Of a DNA stretch of 64,000 nucleotides, positions 12,853-25,620 are shown in pieces. Position 1 is the first letter of the stretch; each line of letters begins with the position of its first letter. Origin of the DNA: Octopus bimaculoides (taxonomy: Eukaryota). The stretch lies in contig NC_068995.1 of NCBI RefSeq assembly GCF_001194135.2, forward strand, positions 336,582 to 400,581, in the 5' to 3' direction. A program made the position numbers and the translations under genes. The notes under the pieces were generated by a model that saw only the letters and a program-made list of their open reading frames with translations, ran no database searches and was not told where the DNA came from.

Positions 12853-13078
12853 TTATTCAATAAAATCGCCATTGGCTTCAACTACGGTTTGCAGACCACT
12901 TGGGAATCTCCTGCAACTCTTCTGGATGGTCTCCTTGTTTAAGTTGGTGAATGCTGCCATAATTCTTGCCTTCAGTTCATCTTCGGTGTTACAAGCAGTT
13001 TTGTTGGTCTCTCTCTCAACTGCGCCCCACACATAATAATCAAGGGGGCTGCAGTCTGGGGAGTTATGTGACCAGATG
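12853..13078 (-). mobile_element. Tc1/mariner-superfamily transposase C-terminal fragment
   Basis: WSHNSPDCSPLDYYVWGAVERETNKTACNTEDELKARI...VVEANGDFIE* resembles the WPPNSPDLNPLDY motif and usual C-terminus. Confidence 0.85.
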
Positions 13079-13750
13079 CTAGGAGTGATAGACAACGGAA
13101 CAGAACATGCCAAAGCAATAAATATCGAAGAACTACGAAGAACGCTCCAGATACATCCTATGATCTACCCTTTTATTACAACACACAACCCAAGAAACAC
13201 AGAGGTATACAATATTATCCACCAGAACATTCTACTACTAAAACAAGACCCAATAATGAAACAAGCATTTGAAATACACAAAATAAGCAAAAGTAAAAGA
13301 CAATCAAAGTCCATCAAAAAATTCCTTCCATGTGCGAAATTACATTCCACAATTCCTACACAAACAGTCAAAAAATGTGGCCGTCCAATTGCGGGACCTG
13401 CATCAACCTTATTGAAGACACAACATACAAATCGGGACAGATTTTTACCGTAAAAAAATCACTTTACATGTTCTTCAAGGAATTTAATATAAGCTACCAA
13501 ATGTCAAGATTACATAGGACGAACAGAGCTTTTTCAAATATGTGTGTGTGTTTGTTGTATGCAAACACAGAGTTGTAACCATCATGCTGTGTCGATCAGA
13601 AGGGCTAAGTTTCTTTGTTCGCATTGATTTGTAATTGTACAATTTTGTACTGTGCAACATTTAGCAACCATATTGGCGCTGGCATGTAATATAGTTCATT
13701 ATGCACAGATATAATTATTACACGATGAAGGCGGCGAAACGGTCGTAATT
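13079..13750 (+). mobile_element. Penelope-like element fragment (RT thumb/linker to GIY-YIG start, plus 3' region)
   Basis: PFITTHNPRNTEVYNII..LLKQDP.MKQAF...KSKRQSKSIKKFL and KCGRP/NCGTC..L...GQIFTVKK are PLE linker and Cys-motif features; degenerate hammerhead at the 3' end. Confidence 0.75.
13717..13749 (+). ncRNA. Degenerate minimal type-I hammerhead ribozyme (PLE-associated)
   Basis: attac-[acgatga]-aggcggc-GAAA-CGGTC-gtaat: 5-bp stem I, GAAA and GTC triplet; core has 2 mismatches to CTGATGA. Confidence 0.45.
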
Positions 13751-15398
13751 TCTATGGGATATCAAGGTTTGAAATAAATATATTTACCCCTCAAACCTCT
13801 TGACTTTTATGGACTATAAATATATGTATATGCGTGTGTGTGTTTGTGTATTTATGTATGGATGGGTATGGATACGTGCGTATGCATGTGTATATACATA
13901 TATGTGTCTGTGTATTAACACGTCCCTTCATCATATACAGAGAGAGAAAGAGAGAAGCAGAAGCACACAAACACACACACACTCAAGTGCATGGGCACAC
14001 ACTCCAGCAGACACACTACAGAAAACGCATTTTCCGCCAAAAACCTTACTTTTAATTACTTTTATTTCAATTGTCCCTTCCAATTAAGGTTGTGAAAGAA
14101 CAACAACATCGACAGCAAACGCAAAAGTAAAAGGCGAACTGATGACAACTGTAACAACAAATATAGCAACAACGACAACAGCAACAGATATAACATTTCC
14201 TAATTGCGCGCGCACACACACACGCACACACACACACACACACGCGCACACACACACACATATTNNNNNNNNNNNNNNNNNNNNNNNNNNNNNNNNNNNN
14301 NNNNNNNNNNNNNNNNNNNNNNNNNNNNNNNNNNNNNNNNNNNNNNNNNNNNNNNNNNNNNNNNNNNNNNNNNNNNNNNNNNNNNNNNNNNNNNNNNNNN
14401 NNNNNNNNNNNNNNNNNNNNNNNNNNNNNNNNNNNNNNNNNNNNNNNNNNNNNNNNNNNNNNNNNNNNNNNNNNNNNNNNNNNNNNNNNNNNNNNNNNNN
14501 NNNNNNNNNNNNNNNNNNNNNNNNNNNNNNNNNNNNNNNNNNNNNNNNNNNNNNNNNNNNNNNNNNNNNNNNNNNNNNNNNNNNNNNNNNNNNNNNNNNN
14601 NNNNNNNNNNNNNNNNNNNNNNNNNNNNNNNNNNNNNNNNNNNNNNNNNNNNNNNNNNNNNNNNNGCACACACACACGCACACACACACACACACACGCG
14701 CACACACACACACATATTCACATGCACATATGGCAATATACGCACAGGTACACACTGCTTACATACGCATGTGCAGGACGTGTGTATAGAACATGCAGGC
14801 ATGCTTTCATGCACACGAAAAGGAGTTCGTCTAAACAGGTGGCATGTATATACTCACCGGATATTACACACACACACACACACACACAGGTACGGGCGTA
14901 CTCGTATGTATGTATACAGCATGCATGTATGTTTATGCGAGTGAGTGTATACATGGACACGTGCATTAATCTCGTCGGACAACAAAACACGTTCTGCGTA
15001 TATTTAACATTGTATTTGCAAGTGTTTACTTGTGCGTGTTTAAATGGATATAAATATACATCCGTGTTTTTTTAATGTGCATATATATGTCTGTATAAGT
15101 ATACATACATATATCTAAGTGTGAGTGTGTGACTGTACATATATAAGTATATATAATACAAAGATACATCCCTCACTGATGTGTATGTATTATATTAGGC
15201 TAGATTCTGTAGATAAGTCAATTCATTAGTATTTGAAAGTCTCGAGATACGCTGTGTATACATGACACACACGTACTTTTGTGTGTAAAGTTGTACTGCA
15301 CACGACTTTACAAAGTACTACACTAATATACACACCTTATGCAATATTTTATGAAACCGAAGCGTGCACAGGTATATGCATTTGTATGTGAGTGTTTG

Positions 15399-15433
<35 letters not shown>

Positions 15434-15566
15434 ATACATACACCTACCATGCACGTATATTTACACATANNNNNNNNNNATATATAATTATTCATAGCCG
15501 TGAAACTGAAAGTCATAAATACTTCACTCTCTTTGTATTGTGTTGCATTTGTTTCGTTGTCAAACC

Positions 15567-15598
<32 letters not shown>

Positions 15599-15699
15599 AC
15601 ACCCCCATACACTTGTGTAATAATCATATCGACATACACACACGTGTGTATGTGTGCGTGTGTGGGTATGTGCTTGTGTGTATGTGCGTCTTTGTCGTT

Positions 15700-15870
15700 C
15701 ACTTCACCGCTTCACAGCCGGTGCTGGTTTATTTACACACTCTAGCCTTGTGTTTAGGCAAAACAAGCCGATAAAATAAGTACAGGGGTCAAGGCGTTCG
15801 ACTAATACTCTTCGAGATATTGCCCCAGCATGGCCACAGTTTAATGACTAAAAAAAGTCAAAGATAAAAG
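15700..15870 (+). mobile_element. SINE family A, 3' fragment
   Basis: ccgataaaataagtacaggggtcaa...tcgactaa...ccccagcatggccacagt..atgactaa. Confidence 0.65.
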
Positions 15871-16243
15871 TTTTGCGTGTGTGTGTGTGTGTGGCTGTGT
15901 ATGTATCTGAAAGTAGAATGGCTGAATGGTTAAGGAACGCGCCTCGCAATCGCGAGATCCCGAGTTCGATTATACTTCTCAATTTTAGCAAAAGACTTTT
16001 ATTTAATCTTATCTTGGATCAACTGAAGTTTTGTCCGTGAAATCGATTGGATGAAGTCTTTCAGAAAGATGTCTTGTGATTTGAAAAGGTACAACAAAAT
16101 TGTCGCTGCTGTGAGATGATGATTTTACTCAGGGATTTCGTTGTGTGTGTGTAAGTGTCTGTGGAATCTTCAGCCGCTTAAGCACTAAAAAAAAATGATC
16201 CAATAATCTACACGCTAGAAAAAAATCCACCAGGTCTTTTATA

Positions 16244-17040
16244 TATTGGGTTGAAATTAAAGTTCCCAACGATTTTTAAGTAAAATTTAAAACAATATTT
16301 ATTCAAGCACATATGTCCCATTTCGTTCCACCACCTTTACCATCTTCGAGGTAGCTCCATGATCCCATCTTCCAAGGACTTGGCATCTTTCTATCGTCTT
16401 CCAAAAAAAGCGAGGTTTAAAGAATTTGGTAGAGTTCGAAATAAATGGTAATCCGCAGTTGCAAGCTCAGATGAGTAACATGTTTGTAGTTGGACATCGC
16501 AGCCAAACCATATCAATTTCTTTCAGGTCTTCATGGAAACATGAAGTCTAGTGGTCTCTAGGAAGAAGACACTCTTCCGATTGGCCAATTCTGGGCGTTT
16601 TTCATCGATTACCTCCTTCAATCAGTGTAATTGGTAACAATAATTGTCTGAATTTAATGCCTGATTCTACAGAAAGAACTCGTAATACAAAATGTCCTTC
16701 CAATCCTAATAGATATTGAGCATCATCATCTTCGGACACTGACCAGTACTGAAGGAATTAGAGGTGCTTCAGTTCGTTTTCTTCAAGACCTTTTTTGCTC
16801 TGCGTTGGTTGCAAACAAATCCATTTTGCCTCACTTGTGATTGTTCTTTTCAAAAATGGGTCATTTCTGATGCGTTTGAGCAGAGAATCACAGAAGAAAG
16901 GCGGTCCGTTAAATATTTTTCTGTAAAAGTTTGGCAGACAAACATCATAGCGATTCACATGTCCAAGAATCAGATTTAACAATTCCCCATTCACCAATAC
17001 TATGACAAGATTTTACATAAACCGTGTAAGAAGCCAGTGA
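16244..17040 (-). mobile_element. Mariner (DD34D) transposon, 3' part with one TIR, degenerate
   Basis: CDSLLKRIRNDPFLKRTITSEAKWI, LKEVIDEKRPELANRKS and DGIMELP.RW are mariner transposase motifs; TIR-like tattgggttg...aagttcc at 16244. Confidence 0.85.
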
Positions 17041-18013
17041 AATGGTTTGCAAGGAACAGTTCTTACATAGTGGGTCTCATTGATTTCGTTGGTGAACTCA
17101 TCTAGCAGGTTCCACACTGTAGTATAAATCACTGTTCTATGTCCATAATCAACGCACTTTATTGGCAACAGTCCAATGTACCAAGCTATTGCTCAGTGTG
17201 TTATAGCGGTCTATACTGTGTCTATGGCCAAGATAGTCCACAGTCCACTTAGCTGTAAGTAGGCAGGCAACATTGAGCTTAAAAGTCATAATTCCAGTCG
17301 AAGTAGGTATCCCAGTGTGGTATAGGTCACCGTAGTGTATATATGAGCATGATATTTCTCGACAGCTCTGTCCACTTAACTGTAAGTAGGTACCACCGTG
17401 TGCAGCAGCTTATTATAATGTGTTTGCCCACCGTAGACTGTTTAATGGCCACAAATAAATGGAAGACAAAGCTATCCTAGGTGGGATTTGAACTGAGAAC
17501 GCGAGGCACCGGAATATGTACAAGAACAACAACTACTGCAAAAGCCAAAGAAAAGACAAAGAAACAAAAGAACGTTTTGAAAGGAAGGTGATTGTTATAG
17601 TATTAAGTTTATATAGGTGAGAACAATGGTGGAAGAATGGAGGGCGATAATTTGTGGGACTTCGTCTTGGAGGGGCCCTGGTTTCAATGGACATTGAATC
17701 CAAGAATGGAGCTTTGCTGTAAGACAAGAGGAGAAAGAAAGAGAGGGAGGGAGAGAGTGAGGGGGAGAAAAAGAGAGAGGAGAAGAAAGAGTGAGAGAGA
17801 GATAGGGAGAGATGGATGGACGTCTCTCGTTGTTGGTAAAGGAAAAGAGTTGAATATAAATTATTTGAAAATAATTTCCGTCTTTGCTTTCGTAACATCA
17901 TGTGTGTGTATATGTGTATATATCTGTGTGTGTGTATAATGTTCTACGCCTAAGTGTGCTTATGCCTGTGTGTAAATGTATGCAATTATTATTCGTGTAT
18001 TTATATGTAGAAT

Positions 18014-18086
<73 letters not shown>

Positions 18087-18530
18087 ATGCTCGTGCGGGT
18101 GTTCATACATGCACATGCATATATATATACAAACATATGCATACACACAACCATCATCAAAAACAAAAACCCATGTTCTTATTTTCCATCCGACAAGTTA
18201 CATGTACATACATACATATATATATTGCATATATTCATGTGCACGTGCTTATGTCTCATTCAAGCACACACAGACATGTATATTGTACATATATAAATAA
18301 GCACGCACGTGTTTGTGTATGCATGCGTCTGTATGTGTATGTATATATATAAGTGTATATAATTAATACACCCATACGCATAAAGACATATGCGCACACA
18401 TTCGGAAATGTATGTATGTATATTATATATACATATATCCACGTACATACATATATACGTACATTTATGTATACACATATATCTACACATATGCATACAT
18501 ACATGTGTGTGTGTGTGTATATATATATAT

Positions 18531-18601
<71 letters not shown>

Positions 18602-19103
18602 TATGTGTCTATATGTGTATGTGCATATATCTGTGTGTCCTCGTATAAAACAAGTTTACATAATTCTCTGAACCGCTGCCGTCCAGTCGATGTTTTTCAC
18701 GTGTTCTTCTATAAAAGCTTATCTTATTCTCTTTTCTTTTTTGTCCTTCCATCTTGCTTTTATTCCCACGCCATTTTAACACCCCCACCCCACCCCCGGG
18801 GCCTCAAAAAATAGCCTCGACTCAATAAATTAGCCATCACTTTTGTGAAACCTTGACAGCGCTAAGGAGATAACTTTCTCCCTTTTCACATCTCCCCTGC
18901 TTTCCCTGTTTATATCTATTTATAAGGATATTGTCGCTCGTCCATGTTGTTGCTGTTGTTGTTGCTGCTAGAAATGTTCGTGTCAGTGTTGCCCTCGTCG
19001 TCTTCGTTGCTGTTGTGGCGTTCCTCTTGTAATTGTTGTTGTTTGCATCGATGTTGTTGCCAGCTATGTAGATGTTATTGTTGTTGTTGTTGCTGCTGAC
19101 GGC

Positions 19104-19145
<42 letters not shown>

Positions 19146-19779
19146 TTTATTGTTTCTGTTATCGATGCTGTTGCTCTTGTTGGAGTCGTAGTTGTTTTTG
19201 TTGTTATTGCAGTCTGTCACCATTGTTGTTGTTGTTGTTGCTCCTGCTTTTCCGTTCTTGTTGTTGTTTTTTTTTTATTGTACTTTTATATTCCGTGGTT
19301 TTTACTGATTTCATTTCCGAACCTTCGTGGTTGTTCTTGAATCTCCTGTTATTCTGTGAATTCTTTTCTTTTGCTCTTGTTGTTGTTGTTATTCAATGAA
19401 ATTATTGATGGTGGAGATCATGATGTGAATGATGATAACGTTGCTACTGCTGTTGATAATGATGATGATGACAACGATGACTATGATGGTGATGACGAAG
19501 ACTGATGATAATCTTCGTAGCGGTGCTTCTTCGATATCAACACCAAAAGTCAACGAACCCCTCACCAACTAAACGCACTGATGCTTCACATATGTCCAAC
19601 ACCTATTTACAGCTAAATGGACTGAGCCACTTCTAAAATTCTATTTTATACATAACTCACGTCTACTGTGTTGTCTCGCATATGAGAGGATTTTAGCTTG
19701 TGTATACAGTGTCATAGCACACACACACACACACACACACACACTAATTTACGATCAGATGGGCCGAGAGCTATTTCAA

Positions 19780-20340
19780 GAGCTGATTTTTTTTGTCTGT
19801 GAACACCAGGAACACATTGGTGCTGCATCTCAGAGCGGATCAAACAATCGTTCCATTATATCCTTTCATTTGCATGTCACGGACCTCTCTTCCAGAGAAG
19901 GTCCCTCATACGCCCTTAAACGGGTCCGGAGCAAATTAGACCCTTCAGCCGTATTGCCTCACTCTCGCAGTGTGGTGGATATCCTACCATCTCTTTCAAG
20001 GCCTTTTCCACCTGATCGCGTTTAGCATTTTCTTGTCTTGGTGTTTTAGCATTTTCTTGTCTGGAGTTTTCTTGTCTTTGTGTTCGCGCACCTGTAGACA
20101 ACTGTCCGTTGGCTGTTGCTTCGGGAACGTCGCTTGGAGGCGTCAATTCTTCCTCCTTCCATTCATTTTCATATATTTGTCTGCCTTGTTTACTTTTTCT
20201 AATTTGTTCTTCAATGAGATGTTAACCAATTCTTTAGCTGACGTGATATTTGCAAACGTTTATTTCCCACCATTTTTGTTAGACTCTTCGCTGCCGTTGC
20301 TTTCAGTATTGCGTGCTGCTACGATTTCTATGTCGTGAGG
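19780..20340 (-). pseudogene. Degenerate ORF remnant with RQEN repeats, probably of retroelement ORF1/gag origin
   Basis: HLIEEQIRKSKQGRQIYENEWKEEELTPP...RQENSRQENAKTPRQENAKRDQVEKALKEMVGYPPHC; in-frame repeat; frameshifts/stops upstream. Confidence 0.25.
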
Positions 20341-20447
20341 AAGACTTTACTCCGTGTAAATATATACATATACACACACAGAGGTAGAAATATGAATTAT
20401 GCTTATACACATACACACGCGTGCATATACATTATACACACACACAC

Positions 20448-20479
<32 letters not shown>

Positions 20480-20485
<6 letters not shown>

Positions 20486-20655
20486 TGGATGCCCGGCCAT
20501 ATACCAAGAAGTTTGCTTCCGAACTACATGGTTCCGAGTTCAGTCTTATCCCATGGCACCTTGGGTGTCATCAACTATAGCCTCGGGTCGACCAAAACCT
20601 CGCGAGTGGATTTCATAGACGAAAACCAAAAGAAGCCCATCGCCTTTCGGTCATC
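20480..20655 (+). mobile_element. SINE family A, 5' half
   Basis: catggttccgagttcagtc...ggcaccttgggtgtc..ctatagcctcgggtcgaccaaa...gtggatttcatagacgaaa. Confidence 0.75.
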
Positions 20656-21647
20656 ATGTAATAAGTTACACCACATCCACCACCACCATAATCCCTACAG
20701 CCACCATTACCACCACATGTTCGCTGGACATGCTAGAAATAGTAATCAAATCTCCTTGCCTTAAAAGTGATAAGACATTCCATAAGAACAAAAGACATAA
20801 AGGATATTTTTCCTCATATGATTGGTTCTGTAATCTGGCTGAAGTGGATGCAAGCATCCCTGGCCCTACGACCACCACCATTAGTCACAAACTAGCCTGG
20901 CCCCACTCATCACTCTACCACCCACCCTCTCCTCCACCTCATTCTTCACTCCTCTGTTCCGCGAACACCACAACCACCTCCCCTATCTCCACCCAACAAC
21001 GCACTCTCCTTTATCCTCACTAAGCCCCCCCCAACTCCCCTCCACCACCATTATTATTAAACTATTAAACACAATCACAATAGCATTAACTTCACATTAA
21101 CTAAAAGTTAAAGAAATAAAAAAACAGCATTAAAATAAGGAAACAAAAAATTCTTTAAAAACAACGAAAAAATAAAAACGACATCATTAACAATACACGN
21201 NNNNNNNNNNNNNNNNNNNNNNNNNNNNNNNNNNNNNNNNNNNNNNNNNNNNNNNNNNNNNNNNNNNNNNNNNNNNNNNNNNNNNNNNNNNNNNNNNNNN
21301 NNNNNNNNNNNNNNNNNNNNNNNNNNNNNNNNNNNNNNNNNNNNNNNNNNNNNNNNNNNNNNNNNNNNNNNNNNNNNNNNNNNNNNNNNNNNNNNNNNNN
21401 NNNNGTTTTATATATCTTTTTTAAAAGAGTTAATTAATTCTTTAAGATGTAAAAACCGATAAGTATTATCTCTGATATTGTGTTTGAAGGGTGGAAGTTC
21501 AGCCTGGGCGGCTTCTCGAGTAGAGGGTAGGGGAGAGGGTGACAAGCTGTTACGGAAGTCGTTTTTAGATGTCTACGATTATAAGGCAAAGACCGTCCGA
21601 ATGCGTAGAAACTTTACGTATTGTGGAGTTTTAATTCTGCTTATTGA

Positions 21648-21688
<41 letters not shown>

Positions 21689-21714
21689 CACACACACATT
21701 CTTTTATTTCTTTC

Positions 21715-21815
21715 TGCCATTTCACTGCGGCCATGGTGGAGCACCACCTTTAGTCGAAGAAATCGACCCCAGAACTTATTCTTTGTAAGACCAGTACTTA
21801 TTCTACCGGTCTCTT
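21715..21815 (-). mobile_element. SINE family A, 3' fragment
   Basis: catttcactgcggccatggtggagcaccacctttagtcga..aatcgacccc...agtacttattct. Confidence 0.8.
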
Positions 21816-21865
21816 AATAATAAGGATACTATCACTACTACTACTACTACTACTACTACTAGTAA

Positions 21866-21912
<47 letters not shown>

Positions 21913-21934
21913 TATTATTGCTGCTCAGGATCTG

Positions 21935-22400
21935 TGCCTTCCAACTAGGATTTCTCAATGTAATGTTCTGAAACATGAAAGGTCCATTATATCGCGCATA
22001 AGAGGAACATCCAGAGACAATCGACCCCATAATCTCTGGATGCAACCGACTGACCCCCAACAGAGAACTTGCAAGGACATTACAGGGCAGCTTAGTACAT
22101 ACACTAGTCAATATGCATAACATACAACCTCCCTCACAAACCAGTGGGAACGTAGACTAATACAAGTTGGTCAGAATCCTCAAGTTACCTTCTTTTGAAA
22201 TTTCAGAATTCAGACAGATCGGCAAATTCAGGCGAACCGACCACATGTCATTGTGGAAGAAAGAAGAAAAAACAAACTTATATCTGAAAGCTTTTCAGAA
22301 ATCTCACGTTTGAAATTAATATTTTCGTACCTTCGGCAAGCTAAGAAGTTCTTATAACATAATACTGAGTATTAAAGAGCTTAGTTATTGCTACATCTAT
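21935..22400 (+). mobile_element. R4/Dong-like non-LTR retrotransposon fragment (CCHC knuckle + restriction-like endonuclease)
   Basis: EEHPETIDPIISGC...YIH.SIC..YNLP and NFRIQTDRQIQANRPHVIV match the ETIDHI.SGC / WDF.IQTD..I.ANRPDIV motifs of RLE-type LINEs. Confidence 0.65.
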
Positions 22401-22454
22401 TTATAGGTAAAGAGTATTTTGTGAAATTAGAGAGCTGGTTGCGAACTGAAAGGG

Positions 22455-22529
<75 letters not shown>

Positions 22530-23457
22530 NNNNNNNNNNNNNNNNNNNNNNNNNNNNNNNNNNNNNNNNNNNNNNNNNNNNNNNNNNNNNNNNNNNNNNN
22601 NNNNNNNNNNNNNNNNNNNNNNNNNNNNNNNNNNNNNNNNNNNNNNNNNNNNNNNNNNNNNNNNNNNNNNNNNNNNNNNNNNNNNNNNNNNNNNNNNNNN
22701 NNNNNNNNNNNNNNNNNNNNNNNNNNNNNNNNNNNNNNNNNNNNNNNNNNNNNNNNNNNNNNNNNNNNNNNNNNNNNNNNNNNNNNNNNNNNNNNNNNNN
22801 NNNNNNNNNNNNNNNNNNNNNNNNNNNNNNNNNNNNNNNNNNNNNNNNNNNNNNNNNNNNNNNNNNNNNNNNNNNNNNNNNNNNNNNNNNNNNNNNNNNN
22901 NNNNNNNNNNNNNNNNNNNNNNNNNNNNNNNNNNNNNNNNNNNNNNNNNNNNNNNNNNNNNNNNNNNNNNNNNNNNNNNNNNNNNNNNNNNNNNNNNNNN
23001 NNNNNNNNNNNNNNNNNNNNNNNNNNNNNNNNNNNNNNNNNNNNNNNNNNNNNNNNNNNNNNNNNNNNNNNNNNNNNNNNNNNNNNNNNNNNNNNNNNNN
23101 NNNNNNNNNNNNNNNNNNNNNNNNNNNNNNNNNNNNNNNNNNNNNNNNNNNNNNNNNNNNNNNNNNNNNNNNNNNNNNNNNNNNNNNNNNNNNNNNNNNN
23201 NNNNNNNNNNNNNNNNNNNNNNNNNNNNNNNNNNNNNNNNNNNNNNNNNNNNNNNNNNNNNNNNNNNNNNNNNNNNNNNNNNNNNNNNNNNNNNNNNNNN
23301 NNNNNNNNNNNNNNNNNNNNNNNNNNNNNNNNNNNNNNNNNNNNNNNNNNNNNNNNNNNNNATGCATTTACCTACAAAAGAAAGATGAGCAGATTTGATG
23401 ACAAACAATTTTCCGCTCCAGTTGTGGGTGTCATTGAACCTGCTTCTTTCATTGTCC

Positions 23458-23526
<69 letters not shown>

Positions 23527-23646
23527 CAGGCATGTATGTATTCATGTATGCATGCGTGTGTATATGTATATATATCGACTTCCATATACACACAAATAGA
23601 TACATACATACACGTATATATATGTATCTATCTACATATATATATT

Positions 23647-23678
<32 letters not shown>

Positions 23679-24969
23679 ATTACATATATATATATATATA
23701 CACATATATATATATATATATACACATTATATATATATGTATGTATATATACACATATATATGTATCTCTCTCTCTCATATATATATATATACGCTCGAT
23801 TAAAGGCGGTGCTCCAGCATGGCCACAGTCAAATGATTAAAACAAGATATATATATATATATATATATATACAAATGTATATGTATATATACATATGTAT
23901 ATATATATATATTATTTTGCTTAAAAGAGTTCCAACACTGTCTGTTTTTTATGTTTTATTTATATTCCTGCAGAACCAATGTGGGGTATAGAATATGGAA
24001 TATATAATATAATATAAAATAAAATAAAATAAAAATGGATGGCACCATGAAAGAAAGTATTGAATGTAGATGAAATATTGAGTGTTCAATATAAAGGATC
24101 AAATATATAAATATATAAATATAAATATATAAAGGCGACTCGAGTTTCAGGCCTATTTNNNNNNNNNNNNNNNNNNNNNNNNNNNNNNNNNNNNNNNNNN
24201 NNNNNNNNNNNNNNNNNNNNNNNNNNNNNNNNNNNNNNNNNNNNNNNNNNNNNNNNNNNNNNNNNNNNNNNNNNNNNNNNNNNNNNNNNNNNNNNNNNNN
24301 NNNNNNNNNNNNNNNNNNNNNNNNNNNNNNNNNNNNNNNNNNNNNNNNNNNNNNNNNNNNNNNNNNNNNNNNNNNNNNNNNNNNNNNNNNNNNNNNNNNN
24401 NNNNNNNNNNNNNNNNNNNNNNNNNNNNNNNNNNNNNNNNNNNNNNNNNNNNNNNNNNNNNNNNNNNNNNNNNNNNNNNNNNNNNNNNNNNNNNNNNNNN
24501 NNNNNNNNNNNNNNNNNNNNNNNNNNNNNNNNNNNNNNNNNNNNNNNNNNNNNNNNNNNNNNNNNNNNNNNNNNNNNNNNNNNNNNNNNNNNNNNNNNNN
24601 NNNNNNNNNNNNNNNNNNNNNNNNNNNNNNNNNNNNNNNNNNNNNNNNNNNNNNNNNNNNNNNNNNNNNNNNNNNNNNNNNNNNNNNNNNNNNNNNNNNN
24701 NNNNNNNNNNNNNNNNNNNNNNNNNNNNNNNNNNNNNNNNNNNNNNNNNNNNNNNNNNNNNNNNNNNNNNNNNNNNNNNNNNNNNNNNNNNNNNNNNNNN
24801 NNNNNNNNNNNNNNNNNNNNNNNNNNNNNNNNNNNNNNNNNNNNNNNNNNNNNNNNNNNNNNNNNNNNNNNNNNNNNNNNNTATATATATATATAGATAT
24901 ATACATATATATATATATATAGATATATACATATATATATATATATAGATATATACATATGTATATATA

Positions 24970-25270
24970 TATATGTATTGCTTGGCTGACCGGTTCGCGG
25001 AACACCTCCGAGACATCCGACTTGGCAATGACACCCCAGTCTCGCGCCATTTTTGCTCTACCGGTCACTCTTTGCAACACCAATCTGTGTTCGGATTGTC
25101 CTTGCACACTAGCACTGACCACTTCCCAGCTCCACATCCACACGCCTACACATAAACACGCGCGCACGTCAAGGTCACCAGCCCCCTTCCACATGCACAT
25201 AATACTCTCTTATACACACGCGAGCGCACCTTCGTTTTGGGATCACCACTATTTTATCTCCCCTTCTTTC
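24970..25270 (+). mobile_element. Penelope-like element GIY-YIG C-terminal fragment
   Basis: LADRFAEHLRDIRLGNDTPVSRHFCSTGHSL...FGL matches the PLE 'RF.EH......PV..HF...H' motif. Confidence 0.8.
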
Positions 25271-25439
25271 GGTATTCTGTTGGTGATGTTTGTCCAACGC
25301 AGGATTTCTGTGTAATTCTATCTCATTAAGAGACAGAGAGACACTGGCACAAACATATACACATTCAAAACTGAATGCGTGTGCATACATATAACCAATC
25401 AAACACACACACTGAAAAACGAATACACTCGAGCCAACG

Positions 25440-25620
25440 CAGAAGTCCCAGAGTGGCTGCTTGATCAGCTCGAAATACAGTCGAATCTCCGTCAAACCTT
25501 CAAAGGGACGCATTGGAAGATACAGTACCTGAAATACATATAGGCGGATGGTCGCGGATAAAAATGTCTATTGATCATGAATGCTCGCTAAGAGCTGACC
25601 TCGGGTTTAACAACAACAGT
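25440..25620 (+). repeat. Dispersed short repeat family D with (AAC)n tail
   Basis: gtggctgcttgatc...gatggtcgcgg...gagctgacctcgggtttaacaacaacag; similar to 37280-37440. Confidence 0.45.

Noticed and set aside
15910-15975. tRNA-like A-box/B-box sequence (also at all SINE heads)
   Set aside because: No complete cloverleaf or acceptor stem; these are SINE heads, not tRNA genes.
25445-25490. gctg-cttgat-cagc-tc-GAAA-tacagtc near a PLE fragment
   Set aside because: No CUGANGA core; the sequence belongs to dispersed repeat family D.
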